From a virus: DNA of 64,000 bases. Both the position numbers and the translations under genes were made by a program. The stretch is from the IMG/VR virus record IMGVR_UViG_3300050147_000079; one strand, 5' to 3'. Within the stretch, counting starts at the first letter, position 1; each line of letters starts with the position of its first letter. Below the pieces are notes generated by a model. It was not told the origin of the DNA, searched no databases, and saw only the letters and a program-made list of their open reading frames with translations. Shown here piece after piece: positions 1 through 9,819 of this stretch.

Positions 1-46
1 CCGAGATCGCCTTGTTGATTAGTTCCTTCAACGTGCTCATTGTCTG

Positions 47-496
47 TTACCTTCCTTTGTTTTTCAACATCCGATCAATCTCTCGAGCAACATCTTTGTC
101 GTGTTCGGAGTGACGCTTGTCGCTATGAGATTTGCCCTTTGCAAGTGCAATGTTGACCTTGACGACTCCGTTGTGCCAGACCAAAGAAACGGGGACAATT
201 GTGTACCCCTTCTGATCAATCGACCCAATCAGTCTGTCAATCTCCTTACGCTTTGCTAACAACTTGCGCGTGCGGTCCTTCACAGCGGTGACGTGGGTGC
301 TGGCAGAGTTGAGCGGAGTGATTGTCAACCCCGTCAACCACAACTCTCCGTCGCGGATGATCACATACCCAGCCGGCATTGTCAACCGGTGGTCACGGAT
401 CGACTTGACCTCCCACCCCTCCAACACTATGCCGACTTGGATCACATCACCGATGTGATAATCAAAGCGGGCCTTACGGTTCTCTAGAATCAGCAT
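47..496 (-). CDS. smpB: SsrA-binding protein SmpB (phage-encoded)
   Basis: N-terminal ENRKARFDYHI, GIVLEGWEVKSIR, RTRKLLAKRKEI and KVNIALAKGK motifs and a basic C-terminal tail; 149 aa. Confidence 0.95.
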   Translation of the reverse strand: MLILENRKARFDYHIGDVIQVGIVLEGWEVKSIRDHRLTMPAGYVIIRDGELWLTGLTITPLNSASTHVTAVKDRTRKLLAKRKEIDRLIGSIDQKGYTIVPVSLVWHNGVVKVNIALAKGKSHSDKRHSEHDKDVAREIDRMLKNKGR

Positions 497-512
497 GTGT
501 GCACCTCAACGC

Positions 513-1421
513 TTACTCATTGCGGTAGAATGTCAGCCACTTGTAGTAGCCAATCTTCTTTCCGTTCTTGGTCACCACAATCGGTACGCCGAGAGCCCAC
601 ATTAACGCGAATAGTCCCACAAAGCTCCCAACAACTAACAAGACCAGCGGGAGGTATAGCAGGACAATGAGCACCGCAACGATCGCCGCAGTCATCCAAG
701 CAATAGAACCGATCATACGGTCTCCTTCACCATCAGTGACGGATGGAACGACTGCACAGGAATGTACTGCACACCGTTGTGTGTCACAGGACGTTCATCG
801 GTGGTATAATGGTACTCCTGGAACCGCCACACCTTCTGCTTCTTGCCGTTAACGACCACCTCCACCTCTTCCACCGGCTCACGAATGGTGAAGCACTCAA
901 GCGGCTTGTGGGTTATCCTTGCAGTGGGTGGCCTTGTCACCTTCGTCTGTACTTTCTTTGTTGCCATCATGTTTCCTCACCAACAGGCTTCTGCCTATCA
1001 GTCTTGTGGTTCTTTACGTGCAGTCGAACGACGATCTTCTTGCCGAACCCTGCTCTCACCACCCTGCACTTGGCATAGGTGCGTCTTGCTCCGTGTGCTC
1101 TCATTAGCCAATAGCGTACAGGCGATTCTTGATCATGTCAACCATCTGCTGGACGGTATGCACCGCAGCTCCGTCAGCGCTAGGCCGCACATGCCACCAC
1201 ACGTCGCTGTAGTTGGGGCCGTCACTAAAAAGGTTATCCGACTCTTCCAGCTCCTTAGCGAGCGCGGGGTTGTGGTAGCCGGGACTGTCAGCAGCGCTGA
1301 TGTAGATCGAGTGACCACCCAGCCAACACTCACAGAGCACCACCTCTCGGCCACCTAGCAGAAAGCGGTCTTGGTTGTCCGCCTCGAACAATGCTTCCGG
1401 ATTGTCGTGTAGTTCGATCAT
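513..1421 (-). CDS. Three small hypothetical proteins (513-716 membrane protein, 713-970, 1104-1421)
   Basis: Adjacent or overlapping minus-strand ORFs with SD-like GGAG/GAGG; no recognisable motifs. Confidence 0.6.
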
Positions 1422-1468
1422 GTGCGTGCTCCTCTGTATGTGTTACAATAGGGGAGACTATAGCTTGA

Positions 1469-2071
1469 TTACCCTTTCGGTGGCAACCGGGCGCACTGAG
1501 CAAACCCCGCATCAATCAACTCCTCCTGGCACGTCAGCATGTCGCCTTCAGCCAGGTGCTTGTTGATAATGTTCTCTACCGCAAGCTCAGTCTTAAAGAA
1601 GCTGACTGAGGTAAACGAGCTCTTCATCGCAAACGGCCACAGCAGATACTTAGCAGCTTGGTCACTGAACGGGGTCCTGGAGACGTTGAGACAACCCCCG
1701 ATCACGGGCGCAATGTGTTCAAGTGAAGCCACCTTCGTCTTTGCGGCCGAATAGTCCCCACCAACAACTTGAGGTCCGTACTCGAGCGATTTAATGGGCG
1801 CTCGAGCCAGGTTGAAGTTCCTCGCCACTTCAACCGGCCCGTTATGCAGAGACTCCAGCCTGCAGCACATGCGCTGATCGTCGTCAAACATCACCCCGAC
1901 GAAGAACGAGCCACTGACGATCCCGATCGGTACTTCAATCTCGGTATCTGTTGGTTGAAGTGTAAAGTTTCCGTTCACATCATACCGACCTGGATACTTT
2001 GTGCTTGGAGCGAACTGTCCATTAACACGGGCACGAAGCCACACATCAGCGCGTTCCTCTTCCGTAAGCAT
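1469..2071 (-). CDS. Hypothetical protein, paralog of 59966-60493 (repeat-like jumbo-phage family)
   Basis: Shares GRxDxxG...VPIGxVSG and a C-terminal QExLIDxGxAxxAR motif with 59966-60493. Confidence 0.6.
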   Translation of the reverse strand: MLTEEERADVWLRARVNGQFAPSTKYPGRYDVNGNFTLQPTDTEIEVPIGIVSGSFFVGVMFDDDQRMCCRLESLHNGPVEVARNFNLARAPIKSLEYGPQVVGGDYSAAKTKVASLEHIAPVIGGCLNVSRTPFSDQAAKYLLWPFAMKSSFTSVSFFKTELAVENIINKHLAEGDMLTCQEELIDAGFAQCARLPPKG

Positions 2072-2092
2072 ACACTAACTCCTACCGTAGGC

Positions 2093-2653
2093 TCAACGAG
2101 CGGGATGGTCTTCTTCGGCGATCATCAGCAGAGCATGCACTACGTGTTGGTGCTGGAGCTCCAACGTACGGCCGGAGAACATGGGCTTATCCCCCGGCAG
2201 CTGATCGCGCTGCCACATCGTCAACCGGACGGCGTCAACGATGTCCTTCGCATCCCTCAGGCCGTAGCCGAACCGCTCCCGGAGCAGCTTGATCGCAGGG
2301 ATCGGAGCCTTGCTGCGGAGTGCCTGCAGCACCTTAGTCAGCGTATCCCGGTTGCCCCTGGCCACTTGCTGGCCTCCATTGGTGTAAGCCACCTTGACAT
2401 CAGCTTGTTGCTTGCGCTCACGGATCGCTTGTAGCATTGACTCTGGTTCATCATTGGTTGGCGCGGGTCGCGATCCCTCTGCAGCCAGCTCCAGGAACAG
2501 TGACGGGTGCTTCTGGGCAAGAGCCAGCACGATCATCGAGTAGTTGAGACCGCCCTTGGCGAACACGGCGAGCGCAGCCTGGTAGGCGGACACTTGGTTC
2601 GTCACAGGCTTCTGAGGCTGCACCTTCACAGCCTTCTTCTTTTGTGTTGCCAT
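2093..2653 (-). CDS. Protein containing a ribosomal L7/L12 C-terminal-domain-like motif
   Basis: IPAIKLLRERFGYGLRDAKDIVD resembles the bL12 CTD motif (KxxxIKxVRxxTGLGLKEAKxxVE). Confidence 0.7.
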   Translation of the reverse strand: MATQKKKAVKVQPQKPVTNQVSAYQAALAVFAKGGLNYSMIVLALAQKHPSLFLELAAEGSRPAPTNDEPESMLQAIRERKQQADVKVAYTNGGQQVARGNRDTLTKVLQALRSKAPIPAIKLLRERFGYGLRDAKDIVDAVRLTMWQRDQLPGDKPMFSGRTLELQHQHVVHALLMIAEEDHPAR

Positions 2654-2673
2654 TATTCGACTCCTATAATAGA

Positions 2674-2711
2674 ATAGGGGGATGATCTCTCATCCCCCTA
2701 TCGTAGGTCAA
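2674..2711 (-). promoter_or_regulatory. Sigma70-type promoter with embedded 12-bp inverted repeat
   Basis: -35 TTGACC (plus 2706-2711); ATAGGGGGATGA / TCATCCCCCTAT stem with 4-nt loop over the -10 region. Confidence 0.75.
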
Positions 2712-2722
2712 CGCGGTCTGGT

Positions 2723-5700
2723 TCAGTCGCTTTCAGTGCTGAGGTCGCTGCGCGCACCAGCCCAGCCACAATCCAGGCACCTAGCTTTTGCATCATCGTC
2801 ATGCGCCTTGACGCTATGGCAGTAATGGTCGCCGGTGTTCACCATCAGCATTTGCTCAGCGGTAACGGCAACGTCTCGGCTACTGCACTCCGGACACACC
2901 AACCAACGCTCACCGTACGCATTTGTTTGTTCACTCATACAGCTCAGTACTCGATCCCGAGCTCATCCAGCAGGTCACGAGCTGCCTGCACTTTACCGCA
3001 CCACTCACCAATGTCGAAGGCATCGTCGTAGTTGCCGCCGCTGTAGTCGCACGCGTTGAAGTCTTCATTGTCAGAGGCGATCTTCAATGCGGCGAGCTTC
3101 TTTAGCCGCTCCAGCACTTCAACCGCCTTTGCAACAGTAGTGCCTTTGACGAGAGAGCGGACTTGGTCTTCGTTGGTCATGTGATTGTTCTCCAGTTGAA
3201 TCAATGAGGGGATGATACATCAACCCTCACCAATGGTCAACTTAGGTCATCGCACGATCAACGCTTGGTGCAAGCCCAGAACACTTCGTTGATGCCACAC
3301 TTGACGCAATGACCACCTTCGTGTTCGTATCCCTTCAACGGCTTGCTGAAGTCATGGTCGCAGTCCATGCGTTGGTCAAGGAGCTTGTTCAGCTGCACGG
3401 CCGCCTCACGGCGGGCATCTTCAGCAGCATGCACAACCTGTTGTTGCTGGTTGATCTGCTCGAGGAGAGTCATCACTTGCGTCCTTATTGAATCAATGAG
3501 GGGATGATACATCAACCCTCACCGGTGGTCAACGCAGTTGTGCGCAGCGATCAGCAGGCTCAGCGTGCCGCTAGCTGGTCCATCACCTTTCGCTGTACAA
3601 TCGCATACGCATTGGTGCGGGACATGTCGACTTCCTTCTTAGCGGCGTGCCATGCACTACGAACAGCGGCGACGCTGACACCAGCCTTGCGAGCCATCGT
3701 CTCGAACCTATCAACCTTACGCTTCTTAGGAGCCGCGGGGGCTGGGGCTCCCTCCCGATCGCCGCTAACGTACGGGTCACTGCGCTTCATTGCGCCTTCG
3801 AACAGGTCTGCTACTTTCATTGAAGTGGTCTCCTTGACTGTATCCCGCTATTTACGGGATAGTCACCGGAGATCACTTCACACGTGCAAAGTACACGATC
3901 ACGTATCGGTAACCAGAACCAACAAACCGGACATCATACGCAACAACCTTCCAGCCGCTTGGAGCGATGGAGCCTAGTTCACGCCAAGCGTTTTCGCCCG
4001 TCGTTGGGTGAGTGCAATCACCCTCCTTCGCGCGGAATTCGCGAAGGCAGACTAGGATCATGCCGTCTACCGATATCGCATTGCGTTCCGAGTGGAACAT
4101 CATCATGCGTGGCATGGCGCCGTAGTCAACCACAGCACTTGTCTGAGCGGACAGTACTTCGACTTTGGTTGACGAGCTCGTCGTGGCAGCTTGCGCGAAG
4201 CCAGCCAGGGCGAGCATAAGGGAAGCGATCAGCTTGTTCATATACGAACTCCTGAGGTAAAAAGGGGGGATGATAACACCTCCCCCTTCGTTCAGTCAAC
4301 CGAAGTCGAATGCCACCCGAACACGTGCCGTGCCTCGATGGCGAGCGTGCACTCCAGGTCACTGCACGAGCCGTCCAGCGTCTGCTGCCCGCGGATGTAG
4401 CGGATCACCACATTGGCTGTGCGCTCAACAAACGCGCGGAACTCAACGCCGTTCAGGTCGGCGAACTGTTTCACCTGCTCGTTCCACTCGGTGCAGGCGC
4501 CCAGCACCCACCGCCGCACTTGCTTGATCAGCTCGCTGATGTCCATGTTGCTTCTCTCCTTGTTTGACCTTGACCGAAGTATACTTCAGCTCAGCCAACC
4601 AGTCAACCTTGCTCTTCTGCATTGTGCTGGCCCTCAACCCGCGACAGCGTGAACTTCGTTGACCTCTTCGAACCGGCGCTGTGACAGGCAACCGAAGTGC
4701 ACATACACCCCGCCTGCAGGCGACGCCTTGCTCTCTTCGCGGTACTGATCGAACCAGCCAGTGCTGCGCAGTCCGCACAACTCACCACAGCCGGGACACT
4801 CCACCTTCTCATCAGCGGTGACGGGCTGACCGGTGAAGGCGGTGCCGACAAAGACGGGCTGGCTCATGTGTGCTCCTTGGTTGCTATGAGGGGATAATAC
4901 CTCACCCCCACTACTAGGTCAACGCTATCAAGCACCGATCTGATTGACGGCGAGCGTTGCGGCTGCGATGTAGTTGGCCGGCTCGCCACGCAGGTACATG
5001 TCCGTGACGCGGTCGGGGTGCTGCAGACCCATGTAGCGAATGATGCTCTTCAGGCCGCCGCCGGTGTAGGCGGTGCTGATGAAGTGGATCATGTTTGCGA
5101 ACGTGTGCATCTTGCGACTCCTGATTGCTTAACCAATGAGGAGAGTATCCCACCCTCCTCGTGTTTGGTCAACTGGTCACGTGTTGTAGATCGTCAGCTC
5201 CCACCCCTGCATGTGCGGGTACTTGTGGATGGACTCGGTGGCCGGCACGAACCGGAACGCTTCACTGGTGGCGTCCGCACGCAGCGCCCACACAACAGCC
5301 CGTCCGGTATTGTGGTTGACGATGCAGATCCCGTCGTCACACGCATCGTCGTAGATGCTCTCGAAGCGGTGGCCTGGCCGAAGCCCGAGGTCGCTGGCGA
5401 ACGCCGAAGCCCTCTTGTCGACCATGTTCCAGCTGACGCGGCTGGCGTCATACGGGTGCATCGTGAGGGTAGCCATCTCAGCTCTCCGGTTGTTGATTAG
5501 GTGAGGAGATGATACCTCGTCCCCTCATCTTGGTCAACGCTCAATACACCGAGCGACCAGCGTATTCGTTGTAGAACGACATCCACTCGATCGCGAACTC
5601 TTCGCCGCTGCCGTCGACCAGCAGGCCGAAACGCTTAGCGTATTCGTACGGACCTTCGCGGTCATACACTTCACGAATCGCCTCAACAGCAGCGTCGGTC

Positions 5701-6478
5701 GTCAGGTGAGCGCCTTCACAGATCAGGTCCGTGATCAGAGCTTCAACTTTCGGGAAGCGGGCCATCAGCTTGTCGTACATGGTTCGTGTCCGGTTGTTGA
5801 TTCAGTGAGGAGATAATAACACATCTCCTCGCTTTGGACAACTGGTCAGATACAGCGAACGACGTAGATCTGACCACCATCAACGCCGCACTTGGCAGCT
5901 TGTGCGAGATTGCCGTTGACAATCTCGAACGTATCGCCGAGGATCTTGGGGCCGTTGTCATCAGCCAATTCGATCGTTTGATCCTTCCATGCGACGCCGT
6001 CGCATTCACCAACGTATTCGCTGATCACGCGGATCAGCTCCGCTTCCGACCACTCAGTGACACTGACGGTGTTGTCATCACCGACACCCTCACCACCTTC
6101 GAACACGAAAACAGAAATCATTTGGATGCGCTCCGTTGTTGATTCAGTGGGGAGATAATACCACATCTCCCCACTTTGGTCAACTGGTTAGACCACAATC
6201 AACCGGTAGAAAAAGTAACCATCTGTCAACTCATCCTCGTTGACAGGAAGGAAGAAACCATTCGGAGTTTCGTAGAACTCCCACTCCTCCTCCTCAAACC
6301 CCTCCTTGATGAAGGAGAGAGCTTCCTCCCGAGAGAGGAACTTGTCAACATCACCGATCGTGTCGGACGGAGTCTGTTCTCCACAATTGACGATGTTTCC
6401 AGTGACCACGATGAACATTTCTGTTCTCCAATTGATAAACGACAAGGAGAGTGTCTCATCTCCTTGTCGTTTGGTCAA
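2723..6478 (-). CDS. Array of small early hypothetical proteins (2723-2938 and 4634-4867 Cys-rich zinc-finger-like; 2944-3204; 3258-3515; 3873-4241 with signal peptide; 4292-4546; 4928-5110; 5177-5476; 5541-5780; 5846-6166; 6188-6478)
   Basis: Tightly spaced minus-strand ORFs, most preceded by an SD and a TTGAC promoter cassette; some true starts are probably downstream of the ORF-track starts. Confidence 0.65.
3196..3523 (-). repeat. Two identical 36-bp promoter cassettes (3196-3231 and 3488-3523)
   Basis: TTGAATCAATGAGGGGATGATACATCAACCCTCACC occurs twice, flanking ORF 3258-3515. Confidence 0.9.
3560..3820 (-). CDS. Small hypothetical protein with MKVADLFE N-terminus, probably late-expressed
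   Basis: Preceded by TAAATA (plus TATTTA 3849-3854) rather than a TTGAC cassette. Confidence 0.6.
   Translation of the reverse strand: MKVADLFEGAMKRSDPYVSGDREGAPAPAAPKKRKVDRFETMARKAGVSVAAVRSAWHAAKKEVDMSRTNAYAIVQRKVMDQLAAR
6146..6183 (-). promoter_or_regulatory. Hairpin-embedded sigma70 promoter
   Basis: -35 TTGACC at 6178-6183, 17-nt spacer, -10 TATTAT at 6155-6160; 11-bp stem 6146-6156 / 6165-6175. Confidence 0.8.
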
Positions 6479-6484
6479 CTGTTG

Positions 6485-7033
6485 TCAGGACCACAGACCC
6501 GACTTGCAGTTCTGGTGGTACGTCGAAGCACCGGGGGCGGAGAGGCCCAGTTGACTCATGAACGCTGCGACGATCTCCTTGCGCGGCTTGCCCGCCATCG
6601 TCTTGTAGATCGCCACCGCGCGATCCTTCTTCGATGCGGCCTTGACGGGCGCTTCGGCGACGGCAGGCTCGACGGCGGGAGCGGCCTTGGGTTCGACAGC
6701 CGGCTGAGAAGCCGTCAAAACCGGCGTAGAATCGACGATCACAGGCTCACTGGTGTCCTCAGCCGTCTCCGCTTGGCAAACGGCTTCCAGGAGCTTCATG
6801 CCGCTGTCTTCGCCCTTCTTCATCAGGCGGGAGGCGTGCTGCGGGTGGATCGACATCGTCACCGCGCCGCCCTGCTCCATCAGGATCACGTACGGCTCCT
6901 TGCTCGAGTCCTTCATCACGCCCTGCTTGTCGCTGAGCGCGTAGAGGCGGAACACCTTGACCGACTCGTCGCGCTGACGCACTTCAACGAGACGATCCTT
7001 CAGGGGGGCGAACAGAGCTTGCAGTTGCGACAT
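6485..7033 (-). CDS. Hypothetical protein, paralog of 22958-23626, with shared C-terminal helical domain
   Basis: Likely start MSQLQ at 7033; MKDSSKEPYV..IHPQHASRLMKKG aligns with MKDASKSAYV..VHPTAAQRLLKRG. Confidence 0.75.
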   Translation of the reverse strand: MSQLQALFAPLKDRLVEVRQRDESVKVFRLYALSDKQGVMKDSSKEPYVILMEQGGAVTMSIHPQHASRLMKKGEDSGMKLLEAVCQAETAEDTSEPVIVDSTPVLTASQPAVEPKAAPAVEPAVAEAPVKAASKKDRAVAIYKTMAGKPRKEIVAAFMSQLGLSAPGASTYHQNCKSGLWS

Positions 7034-7056
7034 GATGTGTGTCCTTGCTTGGTTGT

Positions 7057-9819
7057 TTGACAGTGAAGCCAGTATCCCACCAGCCTCACATTTGGTCAAC
7101 GCGGTTGACTGTAAGGCTCAACCGTTGTCAGGCGAAGTCGAATGCGGAGAGGCAGATGCTCGGGCAGTCGGAACGGAACACCGAGTAGGTGCCGACGTCC
7201 CAGGCGCCGCCGATCGCGTAGAGGCGGGCTTCGCTAGCAGACGCTTCCCACGAGTGGTGAGTGACGTCGTTGCGGATGATGAACTTGTTCATGCTCATGC
7301 TTAGCTCCTGTTGTTGAATCAGTGAGGAGATAATACCACTCTCCTCATATTTGGTCAACAGGTTAGTTCGCTTCGTCCAACTGCGAGACGAACTCGTCAA
7401 CAGCGCGACGAGCATGGATCAGATGCGAGTGTGCATTCGTGCCGAAGTTCTGATCCGTTGACTTTGCCCACTCCAGTAGGCGCGGATCGTTCAGCATCGC
7501 TTCCAGTTCGTCAACGAAAGCGGTCGCTTCTTCCGAGCTGTCGAATTTGTCCATGTGCATGCTCCTCAGCAGTTGATGTGGTACATCATAGCACCACATC
7601 AACTGCTGGTCAACTGGTCAGAAGTTCAGCATGTCGTTCACATGCTCTTCCAACAAACCGTTTTTCTGGTTGTCATAAGCTTGGTAGTGCTTGAGAATCG
7701 CCTCCTGCACTTGTTGTTCAGTCATGTCCTGTTGTTCGGCTGTCTTCTTGATCAGTTCGTCGGGAATCGTGAGAGTGATGATCATTTGGATCTCCTACAG
7801 TTGTTTAACGACAAAGAGATAATAACACAATTGACCAAACACGACAAGTGGGCAGGTATTAACCTGCCCACTCAGATGGTCAACTGGTCACATCGTCCAG
7901 TAGCCCTCCATGCTCGGATCGGAGGCGCGGCTGCCCCGTTGCGACTTGCGGATCTGCACATCAGCGCCGTTCATCAGGCTCTTCACCGTGATCATCACGT
8001 CGGCTGTCTGCCACGCGCTGTACTCGGCGACCACCCACTCAGCAGCTTCCGACTCCGACGCATCCACCTTCTTCAGCACCTTCGTGCGGATCGTTTTGGC
8101 GACGCGCTCCGTCTCGAACGTCTGCTGGCCACTGCTCGGCGACTTCATCCGTTGCAGCGTTTCGGTGTTGTAGATGACGTAGGACACTTCGGATCTCCGT
8201 TGGTTGACAGTGAAGCCAGTATCCCACAGGCTTCACCGTTGGTCAACAGTGGTCAGAGCCAATCAACAGGACCGATGATGTCGACGCCCTCGTCGCTGAT
8301 CGTCACTTCAACAGCATCCTCCACATCATCCGAACACGTGACGCACTTGATCTCAGTGTCCAACGCGTCGTCAGACAACAAGTTCAGATGGTCACGCAGT
8401 TGACGAAGGGTGGTTGCGGAGAAGGTTTGCATTTTCGTTCCTCTGGTTGACAGTGAAGCCAGTATCTCACAATACTGGCTGTTGGTCAACGGATCAGTTG
8501 CCCGCAAAGTTCAACTGTAGTACTCATCCTTCTTGCCCAAGAAAGACAACTGTTGATAATGCCAGTATCCAGCACAACAGACATGTTCACACAGCCACAT
8601 GCCCGTCTGACCTGAGTTCTTCCTGTCACGGAAGTACTTAACAACAAATTGTTCCATCATGGTTGGTCCCAGTTGGTTGACAGTGAAGCCAGTATCTCAT
8701 AATACTGGCTCTTGGTCAACTGGTCACCACCACCCACGCATGTTGGCGACATGGGCAAGGATCAGCAGGCCGATCGTCACCGCGGTCGCGATCTTGCCGT
8801 TGTGGCGGTAGACCGTGTAGAACCACGTATTCGGCGTTTTCTTGGAGCTGAACGTGTAGGTGTGGCGATGACGGCGATACGACGCTTCAATCGCCGTATA
8901 CACCCACACACCAGCGAGTGTGGCGACGATGAGGACGACGATGAACATCCAACCACCGCCCATCAGACCTTCCCAGATCGCCGCTTCGAGCGGATTGCGG
9001 TACACCACGATCGATTGCATCATTACTCCTGAATGTTGGCGTGACGGATGAGATTCTCTGCGATCAAGCGTTCAATGACAACACGCTCAATTGCGAAAGC
9101 AAACTCAAGTTGAGATGGACTGAGTCTCGTGCATCCAAACACCTCACGGCCAACGCGCGCCGCATCAGTTGTGGTGATGACGGACGGGAGATGTTGTTCG
9201 GTAGGCATGGTGCTCTTTCTCGTCAGTGAGGAGAGTATCGTCTACTCTCCTCACTTTGTCAACTGGTCAGCTTAGAACGTGTGGACTTGCCCGTCGATCA
9301 CCACACGCTTGATGCTGTCTGCCTTGATCGTGCGAATGATCACCTTGTTTTCCAGTCCGCCCTGTTCACTTTCTCCGTGATCAGCAGGCATGCCTTCGAT
9401 TTCCGCCTTGTTGATCGGACGCACGCCGTGCAGGTAGTGAGTCTTGCCCGACTTCAGGAAGATCACTTCAATGTACGTTTCACCGTGGTGCTCGATGATC
9501 GGCGTGCCTTCGACGCGAGTGCCCCATGCACGTTCGCTCAGTTGGAACGATGCAGGATCCTTGCCCTCTTGACGCAGACGACGTTCCACCATCGCACCGT
9601 AGGCGCTGCCCGACTTGTTCGAGAACACCATCACGTTGCTGCCGATCGTCACCTTGCGGATCGCACCCTGCATCGGGTTCTTCTTGCCGCCAGTCAGCTT
9701 CGGAATCGTTTCCGTGTCGATGCTGATGAAGTTGGCGCCGTTGACGTTGCTGAACAGATCGCGGATTTGCTTGGACATTTCGGTTCCTTGCGTGTGTTGT
9801 TTGACAGTGAAGCCAGTAT
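7057..9819 (-). repeat. Five identical 19-bp cassette heads TTGACAGTGAAGCCAGTAT (7057, 8204, 8447, 8677, 9801)
   Basis: Exact repeats in intergenic gaps, each followed by a spacer and GTCAAC (minus-strand -35). Confidence 0.9.

Noticed and set aside
7057-9819. Plus-strand TTGACA in the cassettes as rightward (antisense) promoters
   Set aside because: No adequate -10 box at 16-18 nt spacing in the copies checked; it is better explained as part of the quasi-palindrome.
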